A DNA stretch of 64,000 bases, taken from Marine Group II euryarchaeote MED-G35 (lineage in GTDB: Archaea > Thermoplasmatota > Poseidoniia > Poseidoniales > Thalassarchaeaceae). Below, one piece after another: positions 1 to 8,345 of the stretch (its first letter is position 1; each line of letters opens with the position of its first letter). Where the stretch lies: NCBI GenBank assembly GCA_002457155.1, contig NTJS01000002.1:8630-72629 (forward strand), in the 5' to 3' direction. The notes beneath the pieces are model-generated. The model made no database searches, was not told where the DNA came from, and was given only the letters and a program-made list of their open reading frames with translations. The position numbers were made by a program, and so were the translations under genes.

Positions 1-807
1 GTGGTTATCCTCATCATGGTGCCATTCGAGAAGATCTTCGGCAGGGGTGGTGGAGAATCCACCAGCTTTCATTTGCGTCCGCCAATGCTTATCAGTATCC
101 ATTTGAAAAATGCTTGGACCCTGTCTGAACAGCGGGTGGATGTCACTGCGTCCTACAAGGTCGGCTATATTCCAAAGGCCTACGCGCATGCGCGTCTGTC
201 GGGCTTCTCTGACCGCCAAGTTGAGGAAGTGGCAGAGAGTTTGTCTTTGGAGGGCCTTGAAGCTGCCCTCAGAGAACTGTACATCCCACAGTTACTCCCA
301 ACAGGCGGTGGGTACCTACATGCAATCGGGCCCAAGACAGACGAACTTCTTTTCGGATTCGGGTTATTCCTAGCCGATGCCAACATAGAAACCGTCACGG
401 ATTCGGATGAAAACGGCCACTTCGCTTCCCTGGGGAAATATAAGATGAAAATCCACACTTCATTTAGGGGCATGCTCGCTAAGGACAAAATACGAATTAG
501 CTTCGATGCTATCTGGGAAATTAGCACCCCACTGCTCCTAAGCCCCGAGCACCGATTACAGATTCATGAAGAAGCGAAAGAAATCATCTTTGGAAAGGCT
601 CGTCTTCTCGTTGCCAGAACCACCACCAAACAAATCAGCAATGAACCAGGCCGTTTCTTTGAACTGCTCTTTGATTTTGTCAATGACGGACTGCTTGAGG
701 GCCGACTTTCCAACGGACACAGAAAAGGACTCGGGCTCGTTGGTATCGAAGAAATCAATGAAATCACCAGCAGAGAAGGCATCATCTTCACTACCCTTCG
801 CCCATAA
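1..807 (+). CDS. hypothetical protein, C-terminal part (ORF open at the window edge)
   Basis: The reading frame is open from position 1 and stops at 805-807. I recognised no family motif by eye. Confidence 0.5.
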   Translation: MVILIMVPFEKIFGRGGGESTSFHLRPPMLISIHLKNAWTLSEQRVDVTASYKVGYIPKAYAHARLSGFSDRQVEEVAESLSLEGLEAALRELYIPQLLPTGGGYLHAIGPKTDELLFGFGLFLADANIETVTDSDENGHFASLGKYKMKIHTSFRGMLAKDKIRISFDAIWEISTPLLLSPEHRLQIHEEAKEIIFGKARLLVARTTTKQISNEPGRFFELLFDFVNDGLLEGRLSNGHRKGLGLVGIEEINEITSREGIIFTTLRP

Positions 808-852
808 CTCAGAATAATGGGTTTGGAGTTAGAACCCAGGTTTATGGATGCG

Positions 853-1260
853 TCATTCGTCCTCTAAGTGAAGATATCCAGACAATAGAAGACCAGCCGC
901 CATTACCATAGGTGGTGCCCAATTAACAGGATCCTCCGTGAATCCATAACCCAAATCACCAGCTGCAAGGAACACTAGTATGAAATTAAGGATATTACAT
1001 CCTCCAATCGTCATTGCAAGAATCGCCTGAGATTTCCCTTCAACAAATTGGCCAGAAACTACAGAAATAATTGCGATGGTGAGGTAAGTAGCAGCCCACG
1101 CTTTCTCGTAGAAAGCGTCGTTAGCTGTGTAATCAGCACCCCAACCCGTTTCCGCTGCGTTCATGATTTCAGCGTAAGTCAACAACATAAAGATTGTAAA
1201 TATTGTACCTACACCTGTCAGCCACCACTTTGGTTTCATGTATTGTTTAATTGCATCCAT
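853..1260 (-). CDS. small integral membrane protein (about 4 hydrophobic helices), function unknown
   Basis: This is a 135-aa ORF with four long hydrophobic stretches. Its GC content is lower than most of the window. Confidence 0.5.
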   Translation of the reverse strand: MDAIKQYMKPKWWLTGVGTIFTIFMLLTYAEIMNAAETGWGADYTANDAFYEKAWAATYLTIAIISVVSGQFVEGKSQAILAMTIGGCNILNFILVFLAAGDLGYGFTEDPVNWAPPMVMAAGLLLSGYLHLEDE

Positions 1261-1376
1261 GCGATCACTCTCATATGTAATTCAGGAAATCGGCATATAG
1301 TCATTTCATCGGTAAGGGAACCCCTCTATGGCGAATTTAATGGAAAACAAACCATTCCCTGGTAAGAAATTGAAAA

Positions 1377-1793
1377 CTAAGCAAATGTGGCATATAGTAA
1401 CCAACACCATGAAGTAAGCAAAATCAAACTGCTAGTAACGAAAATTCTAGATCGCCACAATAGTCGATTATTAGTTAGTGTTACCCATGCATGAATGCAC
1501 CTTGCAAGAACAAATGCTGCGGCTAATCCTAGCAATACATTGTCTACACCGTCTAATACCATTGCAGTAATACATCCTGCAAAGAATAACATTGGTGTTT
1601 CAAACATATTAGTGAAATGTTGATCTGCTTGCAAAACATATCTAGGGGGTTTTTCTCCTTCAAATGTTTTGAAATAACGCCAATCTGTACCTTCCTTTAC
1701 TGCTTTTTCTCTCCTCAAACGCATCACAATACCAACATAAAAAGTGAGTAAGACTTGAGCGAACAACGGAATTAGCATCCACTTAATTTCCAT
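1377..1793 (-). CDS. MAPEG-family-like membrane protein
   Basis: The product is 138 aa with 4 TM segments and a basic loop (RLRREKAV), an architecture typical of bacterial MAPEG/YecN-like proteins. Several 60-nt lines counted by hand give about 35-40% GC. Confidence 0.5.
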   Translation of the reverse strand: MEIKWMLIPLFAQVLLTFYVGIVMRLRREKAVKEGTDWRYFKTFEGEKPPRYVLQADQHFTNMFETPMLFFAGCITAMVLDGVDNVLLGLAAAFVLARCIHAWVTLTNNRLLWRSRIFVTSSLILLTSWCWLLYATFA

Positions 1794-1973
1794 ATTTGGA
1801 ATCAGGGTCTTCCAGTGCTTAACTAATTTGGTCCATATACTTCTAATCGTTAAAGGGTATGAAATTAGGTCATGGGCAAAATAATCAGTACCGATTCGTA
1901 CCTGAGACCGATGGCTATGCCCTTGAACCTAGCAACCCATCGAGTTAATCTACTGAAGCCCTTAGTGGCATCC

Positions 1974-2336
1974 ATGCTACCTTCATTCAACGTTCTCGGG
2001 GGCGATTTGGATGCCTGCTCCACTAAACCTCTCACCGGTTGGTATAGGGATGGATGCTGCAACACAGACCGCAATGACCGTGGTTTGCACACCGTTTGCT
2101 GCCTAGTTACCAAGGAGTTCCTGGAGTTCGCACGCTCCCAGGGAAATGACCTGATCACACCGGTGCCGGAGCACGGATTCCCCGGTCTGTCCCCCGGCGA
2201 CAGGTGGTGCGTCTGCGCACAGACATGGCAAGATGCCGTTGAGGAAGGCGTGGCCTGTCCCGTGGTCATTTCTGCCACTCACGAGGAGACTCTGCAAATC
2301 GTTTCCCTGGAAACTCTCAAGGATCATGCAATCTGA
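1974..2336 (+). CDS. DUF2237 family protein
   Basis: Cys-rich motifs GWYRDGCCNT, HTVCC and GDRWCVCA are characteristic of DUF2237. I chose the internal ATG at 1974 (120 aa) rather than the track start at 1872. Confidence 0.75.
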   Translation: MLPSFNVLGGDLDACSTKPLTGWYRDGCCNTDRNDRGLHTVCCLVTKEFLEFARSQGNDLITPVPEHGFPGLSPGDRWCVCAQTWQDAVEEGVACPVVISATHEETLQIVSLETLKDHAI

Positions 2337-2551
2337 GGGTACCGTAGTAGATGGTGTTTCAAACCGCTTCCTCATCAAAAAATAACTTCTTGATGATATA
2401 AGACACTAGGAAGATGAACAAAGCCCAGGTGAAGCAGAAACGTAACCATTGCCAGTGAATGCCTGGAAGGAGCATGAAATCGACAGAGGGTGATAGCCTT
2501 GAATGGTTGCCCCAACCATCATCATGATGCGGGCGTAAACAAGGGGTACCA

Positions 2552-3250
2552 ATGTCAACAATTGTCCGGACTTGTAATATCTCCCTCCCTACTTCCGATA
2601 ACATGGAAGACGCAGACAGACTTACCGAAGCCGCGGAGAAAGAATGGTTAGAGACATGGGTGTCCGGGCCCGGAGAAAAGCGGTCAAAACTTCTAGATCC
2701 AGGTACCAATGCCCCGGAACTCGAATTGCTGGACCACACAGGAAAATCTCGCAAACTGTCATCATTTTGGTCGGAAGGTCCGGCACTGATGATGTTCTGG
2801 CGCCACTTTGGTTGTGGATGTGGGCTCGATCGAGCGTCGAGACTCAATGAAGAATACGCAGACTACCTAGCCGCAGGGATAAATCCCGTCATTATTGGCC
2901 AGGGGGAGCCGGAGAGAGCTGCTTTGTATCGGGAGAAGTATGGCATTTCCTGTCCTATCCTCTGCGATCCTGAGCTCTTATCTTACTCGGCCTACGGGCT
3001 CGCAAACTTCGGAGTTGAACAGGTACTCTACGATGCCCCCGAGGAGACTTGGTGCCACTCAATGGAGGTGGGAATCGAATTCCAAGAGGCTCGTCGTGCC
3101 ATAGAACGCCCACTCGTAGACAATCCATGGATGTCAACAGGAGAGTTCCTCGTTTTGCCCTCGGGCATGATTCGCACCTCCTATGCCTACCAATATTGCT
3201 CAGACTACCCCGACCCCCGGGTTTTCCTTGTTGCAGCCAAGATGTTCTAG
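2552..3250 (+). CDS. AhpC/TSA-type (peroxiredoxin-like) thioredoxin-fold protein
   Basis: The redoxin-like core PALMMFWRHFGCGCG is followed by GINPVIIGQGEPERA and YGISCPILCDP. The start is uncertain and may be the internal Met in MEDADRL. Confidence 0.6.
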   Translation: MSTIVRTCNISLPTSDNMEDADRLTEAAEKEWLETWVSGPGEKRSKLLDPGTNAPELELLDHTGKSRKLSSFWSEGPALMMFWRHFGCGCGLDRASRLNEEYADYLAAGINPVIIGQGEPERAALYREKYGISCPILCDPELLSYSAYGLANFGVEQVLYDAPEETWCHSMEVGIEFQEARRAIERPLVDNPWMSTGEFLVLPSGMIRTSYAYQYCSDYPDPRVFLVAAKMF

Positions 3251-3303
3251 TAGGCATCATATCCCCTAGGGGATGATGGTTTTATTCCAAAACCCAACCT
3301 CGC

Positions 3304-4221
3304 ATGTTTGTGAGACGGTCGGCAATTTTGGTTTTCCTTCTTCTCACCTCAGTACCCTTCTCTGGGTGCTTGGCAGAAGAGAGCATCAAGGAAGATAATC
3401 TATTCATAGATGATGAAAGTGAACTTATTGACCCCGAGGGACCTGATTACTGCGGCGATTTCGATGGCGATGGGGAGCCTGATTGCCCCCTAAGCGGATA
3501 CGTTCCGGACACGAATCCGTGGTGGTGCAACTCTACCGGGTCTGGAGGGCATCATGTGGATAGCGCATACACAGGGATGACCAAGGGAGAGCTTGACCCA
3601 GAATCGTGTGAGACTCTCACATACGAGTTGAAGGATGCGATTGAGTGGGCTACGCAGTGGCCGACCCTAGGTGATGCTGAGGATTCGGGCTACACGATGG
3701 CAGTCGGCTATACCGAGGGCATGGGCACTCATCACGTCATGCTCAATGGATTCTCTATGGATAATCCTGGATTCGATCCCCAAGAACCGGAGTTCCCCGG
3801 TACACGGATTGACGATCTGTTTGAGCACGATAGGCCAGAGTTCCTGATGTATGCAGGTGTGGAGAGGGGTTCGGAACTAGTGGGTTTCGCATGGTTCGTC
3901 CACTCCACTGATGATTTGCCACCCGAGGGCTTCACAGGGAGTAACGACTGGTGGCACCGCCATAACTCACTGTGCTTCAGGACTAGTGAGTTCCTAGTCG
4001 TGGGGGAGGATCTCGATGAGGAGACCTGTGACGGCAGAGGTGGGGTCAACGTCATTCTAGGGGATTACTGGATGGCCCACGCCTGGGTAATCAGACCATG
4101 GCTGACATATGATGACGTTTTCACCAATCATCACCCCTGCCTCCATGAGGGTGGTTCAGAGAATGATACGGCTGCTGAATGCTGGGGCGAGAGTACTGAA
4201 CATGTTGGGCACGACATCTAG
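3304..4221 (+). CDS. secreted putative lipoprotein, His-rich, function unknown
   Basis: There is an N-terminal signal peptide with a lipobox-like FSGC. Repeated His clusters occur (GGHHVD, GTHHV, WWHRHN, MAHAW, NHHPCLHEGG). Confidence 0.55.
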   Translation: MFVRRSAILVFLLLTSVPFSGCLAEESIKEDNLFIDDESELIDPEGPDYCGDFDGDGEPDCPLSGYVPDTNPWWCNSTGSGGHHVDSAYTGMTKGELDPESCETLTYELKDAIEWATQWPTLGDAEDSGYTMAVGYTEGMGTHHVMLNGFSMDNPGFDPQEPEFPGTRIDDLFEHDRPEFLMYAGVERGSELVGFAWFVHSTDDLPPEGFTGSNDWWHRHNSLCFRTSEFLVVGEDLDEETCDGRGGVNVILGDYWMAHAWVIRPWLTYDDVFTNHHPCLHEGGSENDTAAECWGESTEHVGHDI

Positions 4222-4312
4222 TGCTCTGATACTCCGAGACGCCAACTGTCAGAGATAGCAGTGTGGTATCTTCCCCCATAGTGGGTATGGCGCCCTCGTC
4301 ATACCCTCGTAA

Positions 4313-4720
4313 ATGAAGGGCCCCCAAGTGGCAGATCGTCATATGGAACACACCATGGCCATGCAAATAGTGGGCGGCGTAGCGCTGCTAATAGGACTAA
4401 GAATGAACATTGATCCGGTTGGATTCAACAAGAGCATCTTCGGAGATGTCGAAGGTATCGACAGCGGAGAATCGTCTGCCATGAGGATGGCGATTGGCGG
4501 AGGTTTACTGGCCCTAGGGATAGTAAACATCTACTGCAGCTTCAATGTAGAAGATGCAGCAGCCGGCGCCATTATTACTAGTACCGCCATGGGTTTGGCA
4601 GCCTTCTTCGCTACAGTAGCGGCCCCCAAGTTCAGGGGCTACACGGACAGTATCCCAACCCTCCCGATGGTCGTGCTTCCGACCATGATTGCTATTTGCC
4701 TATACTCGGCTCTGATGTAG
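4313..4720 (+). CDS. small integral membrane protein, function unknown
   Basis: The ORF encodes 4 hydrophobic segments. The start may be the internal Met at MEHTMAMQIV. Confidence 0.45.
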   Translation: MKGPQVADRHMEHTMAMQIVGGVALLIGLRMNIDPVGFNKSIFGDVEGIDSGESSAMRMAIGGGLLALGIVNIYCSFNVEDAAAGAIITSTAMGLAAFFATVAAPKFRGYTDSIPTLPMVVLPTMIAICLYSALM

Positions 4721-4784
4721 TCCCAAAACAGAATAGTGATACCGCCAGAGAGAAGACTGAAAATAAGGACTAACATGGAATCAT

Positions 4785-5492
4785 GTGCACGAATCTTCTG
4801 GCAGCATCGGCATAGGGGCGATGATCGTATTCATCGCTCTGATACTGGTAGCGGCAGTGGCATCAAGTGTGATAATCAAAAGCGCGGAGGAACTATCTGA
4901 AAAAACCGACCAATCTAGAGACGATCGCCAGTTCTCCAAGGTCGAAATCTCGGATATCCAGGTTTTCAACTACGAGCCCTGTTGGGTGCACTCACATACA
5001 GACCCAGAGACATGCCCCAGTGGTTATCCGAGGGACAAGGGACATTATGAATTGGTGATGTACTTCTCAATATTGGGGGATGTCGAACTACAGGCAAGCG
5101 AGATCCACTATCAGGTCTCATGTGGCGGGGAGACCCTCCCAATCCTTTCCAATTTTCGAATAGTGACTTTTGGAACCCAATCGACATGGGATTCCCAGAG
5201 TAGCCTCGACCAAGGTTACACCGGTGCTCCGTTCAACAGACAAGCCGTGGTTCTCCCCGGCGAAGAGAAGGACAATACTGCGACTTCAATCGGCATCCTT
5301 GAGCCCGGAATAACATACGCTGTCATGATCGACCTATTCGACAATCAGAACACTGCTGGAGAGGCTGATGATGAGGGGTGCCGGATTTCCCTTGATTTTG
5401 TTATCGATCTCAATGTTTTCGTAGAGGGTGGAATCGATACTTATGCCATTATAGATTGCGACAGTTACCTGCTGGGATCATCTTGCTATTGA
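4785..5492 (+). CDS. archaellin / archaeal type IV pilin-like protein (class III signal peptide)
   Basis: The N-terminus SGSIGIGAMIVFIALILVAAVASSVII matches the archaellin/pilin class III signal plus hydrophobic helix. The remainder is a Cys-containing globular domain. Confidence 0.65.
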   Translation: MHESSGSIGIGAMIVFIALILVAAVASSVIIKSAEELSEKTDQSRDDRQFSKVEISDIQVFNYEPCWVHSHTDPETCPSGYPRDKGHYELVMYFSILGDVELQASEIHYQVSCGGETLPILSNFRIVTFGTQSTWDSQSSLDQGYTGAPFNRQAVVLPGEEKDNTATSIGILEPGITYAVMIDLFDNQNTAGEADDEGCRISLDFVIDLNVFVEGGIDTYAIIDCDSYLLGSSCY

Positions 5493-5504
5493 ATTCGAAC
5501 CCAA

Positions 5505-5981
5505 CTACTCAACTTCTACGACATTCGTCGGAATCCCGGCTGATTCTGCCCTGTCAATCACTATCCTAGTCCACTTGCTCGTCGGAGATGGCATTGCTAG
5601 GACGTTTGTGGCGGCAGACAGAATCTTTTCAGTTAGTGTGTTCGGGGCCTCTCCCCTGTTCCTGTCTATCAGACTCCTCAGGGGGTCATTCCACTCCTCT
5701 GAGAAGACGGCTATCGGAATCAGGTTGTTGTCCGCCCATCTCTCGGCCATGTAGTCAACACCACTAGCACCACCGACAATGATTAGGTCCGGGTACGTGT
5801 TCTCTTCTATCCATTCCTCCAATGCCGCCTCGAAGATTTCGAAGTCGTAGAACCTGCTGCTGCCCACGATTGCGAGGTTGATCACGGACCCGTCGAGATT
5901 CAGGTCCTGCCCACCCAAGGTTTCGACAACTGTCTGCCCTGCCTCTTCCTTCATCAGTTGGCCATGGGAGTAAGCATGCAT
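5505..5981 (-). CDS. SLOG-superfamily DUF2493-like protein
   Basis: The Rossmann-like core LAIVGSSRF ... LIIVGGASGVDYMAERWA is typical of DUF2493/YspA-like SLOG domains. Confidence 0.55.
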   Translation of the reverse strand: MHAYSHGQLMKEEAGQTVVETLGGQDLNLDGSVINLAIVGSSRFYDFEIFEAALEEWIEENTYPDLIIVGGASGVDYMAERWADNNLIPIAVFSEEWNDPLRSLIDRNRGEAPNTLTEKILSAATNVLAMPSPTSKWTRIVIDRAESAGIPTNVVEVE

Positions 5982-6009
5982 AAATGCTGCTAATCGCTAG
6001 AAGGCGACT

Positions 6010-7419
6010 TCAGGGGGTGACGCGACTCCTGTCTCTGGGGAAGAGCACCACCTCTCTCACGTTTCCCGCACCGGTTAGAACCATCAACAGTCTGGCCACT
6101 CCGAGCCCCCATCCAGCATGTGGCGGAGCCCCAAAGCGAAAACCGTCCGTGTAGAATGTGAAATCAGTCGGGTCCAGACCTACCTGCCTGAGATTCTGCT
6201 CCAATACCTCTACCCTGTGCTCCCTCGCGCCTCCGCTGGTCATTTCGTCCCGACCGAAGTTCAGGTCGAATCCACGGCTCAGCTGGCCCCCCTCGGAACC
6301 CTCCTCGCCTTGCTTGTGGTGGATGTAGAATGGCTTCATCGACATGGGCCATCGGGGGATGAAGTGGAAGCCGGGATACTGGGTTGCGATGATGTCGCAA
6401 TGGTGGCTCTCTATGTCGTCCCCCCACTGGATTTCTCCCCCACCCGACTTCACAATCTCGATAGCATCGCAGTACGGTATGCGCGGGAATGGAAGCTCAG
6501 GAGCCTCAACAGTTACCGGACCCTTGCCTTGGGATTCCCTGTACTCGTTCACCACGCCAATTAGCGACATGTCGTTCTGGGAGATCTCTTTCCAGATGTG
6601 GTGTATCATCCTTTCTTGCACACCCATCACGTCCTCGTCGTCCATCCATGCACCTTCTATGTCGAATGAGACGAACTCGTTCAGATGCCTGTAGGTGTCG
6701 TGCTTCTCGGCCCGGAACGCCGGTCCGATCTCGAAGACCCTCTCCAATCCGCCGAGCACCGCTAGCTGCTTGTACAACTGGGGGCTCTGTGAGAGGTACG
6801 CATCCGTCTCGAAGTACTTCATGGGGAACAGGTTGGTCCCTCCTTCTGCGGCTGCGGCGATAATCTTCGGTGAATTGATTTCCTGGAATCCCTCTGTGAT
6901 CAAGTGTTCCCTGCCATACTGGAGGACCTTGCTCCTGAGTTGGAACATTGCATTGACATGGGACCTCCTTAGGTCCAAGTGCCTATTGTCCAATCGCACG
7001 TCCAAGCCCACATTGACCTCGTCAGTTACCCCTACGGGGAGGGGTGTAGCAGCTTCGGCCAAGATGGCTCCAGATCCAACACTCACCTCGAACTCAGCAG
7101 GGGGCTCCGGCTCACCTTCTGCAACCTTCGGCGGGCGCTTCTTGGCGACCACTCCAGTAACTTGGATTGTCGACTCCCTGGTCGCTGACTGTATAGCCTC
7201 GAACAAAGTCTCGTCCATGTTGTCCCTCTTGAGGAATGCTTGGATCCGTCCGGTCCCATCTCTGAGCATAAGGAAGCATATCGCACCCCTTCCCCTGACT
7301 GTCTCGGCATAACCCGCGATGGTGACCTCTGAACCAACCAAGGACCCCCCGTCTCCAACAACCTGGCCGATGGTATGCGTTCGATACGACGTCGGCTTCC
7401 AGTTTGAACTGTCTCTCAT
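6010..7419 (-). CDS. aspS: aspartyl-tRNA synthetase, archaeal/eukaryotic type
   Basis: It has an N-terminal OB anticodon-binding domain. Class II motifs are present (FRAEKHDTYRHLNEF, GGAREHR, PPHAGWGLGVARLLM). Confidence 0.9.
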   Translation of the reverse strand: MRDSSNWKPTSYRTHTIGQVVGDGGSLVGSEVTIAGYAETVRGRGAICFLMLRDGTGRIQAFLKRDNMDETLFEAIQSATRESTIQVTGVVAKKRPPKVAEGEPEPPAEFEVSVGSGAILAEAATPLPVGVTDEVNVGLDVRLDNRHLDLRRSHVNAMFQLRSKVLQYGREHLITEGFQEINSPKIIAAAAEGGTNLFPMKYFETDAYLSQSPQLYKQLAVLGGLERVFEIGPAFRAEKHDTYRHLNEFVSFDIEGAWMDDEDVMGVQERMIHHIWKEISQNDMSLIGVVNEYRESQGKGPVTVEAPELPFPRIPYCDAIEIVKSGGGEIQWGDDIESHHCDIIATQYPGFHFIPRWPMSMKPFYIHHKQGEEGSEGGQLSRGFDLNFGRDEMTSGGAREHRVEVLEQNLRQVGLDPTDFTFYTDGFRFGAPPHAGWGLGVARLLMVLTGAGNVREVVLFPRDRSRVTP

Positions 7420-7464
7420 GGCGTCACGTGACGGTCAGTGCCTTTGAAAGGTTTTGAGTGAATT

Positions 7465-8184
7465 TCATTCTTCTTCGCTTGCTACCTTGGCCGAAATCAG
7501 GAGGAAAGCAGTGTGACCCATCGGCTGGTTCCCTGGCCTAACTCCACCCTTGCTCGCCTTGACCCATCTCCTCTCGATCACCTCTCCGCTCCATTCCACG
7601 ATGAGCCCCAGCCCCTCAACCTCATCCCATGATTTCTCCAACTGGGCAGTGGTCGGGCAGTAGCAGGCAAGTCTACCCCCAATACGAAGAAGTGGGGCAA
7701 TCTCCGAGAGAACAGACCAAGGCTCTGCCATATCGATTATCACCGCGTCTAGGGCGTCGCATATCCCAGATGCCTGTCTGCTTGCGCTCGCTAGGTCCCC
7801 TTCGATCAAGTGCCAGTCTGGGAATTCCGGAAGGACCTGCTCTAGCCTCCTCATGTTCGAAGAACCAACCTCTGCATGCTCAATTCGATTCTCAACCGAT
7901 ATCAGAGTCCCAGAGCTACCTAGCACACTAGCTAGGTGCATAGCAAGGCCTCCAGAACCATGCCCTCCCTCGAGGACCTTGGAACCCACTCCAATTCCCA
8001 TCCATGAAACCAGAAAGCCAGCGTCCTTTGCACCGATAACCTGGGCTCTTCGTGACATGTTTCTCCTAGCCTCGGGAAGTCTTGGTTCAACTATCGATAG
8101 TGACTTCTGTCCCACTGTGATGCGATCCCCCACCGAATATCCTTCAAGCATCTTCTCGGCATCAAACCTCCCTAGGCCCTTCAC
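7465..8184 (-). CDS. trmI: tRNA (adenine-N1)-methyltransferase TrmI (GCD14 family)
   Basis: The SAM motif VLEGGHGSGGLAMHLA is present and the protein is colinear with TrmI. The track start is GTG at 8184, but the in-frame codons 8185-8268 still look like the TrmI N-terminal domain (see finding). Confidence 0.8.
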   Translation of the reverse strand: MKGLGRFDAEKMLEGYSVGDRITVGQKSLSIVEPRLPEARRNMSRRAQVIGAKDAGFLVSWMGIGVGSKVLEGGHGSGGLAMHLASVLGSSGTLISVENRIEHAEVGSSNMRRLEQVLPEFPDWHLIEGDLASASRQASGICDALDAVIIDMAEPWSVLSEIAPLLRIGGRLACYCPTTAQLEKSWDEVEGLGLIVEWSGEVIERRWVKASKGGVRPGNQPMGHTAFLLISAKVASEEE

Positions 8185-8345
8185 CTTGACCTCTCCAGGG
8201 ACCCTATGGACAAGGTAGGCCCTACCGTCGTCCTCTCTCAGTGCAACCCATTCGCCGATGCTCTCGCCTCATTACGACGGGTTGAGGCGGACGTTTCAAG
8301 TCATTCAATCGCCAACCAATAATTTCGCCCTATAGGGCGAGGAGA

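Noticed and set aside
2359-2475. Possible 38-aa single-TM microprotein (MLLPGIHWQWLRFCFTWALFIFLVSYIIKKLFFDEEAV) on the minus strand between the DUF2237 and redoxin genes
   Set aside because: It has a plausible hydrophobic helix and fits the intergenic gap. There is no ribosome-binding or conservation evidence available, so it is too weak to list as a feature.
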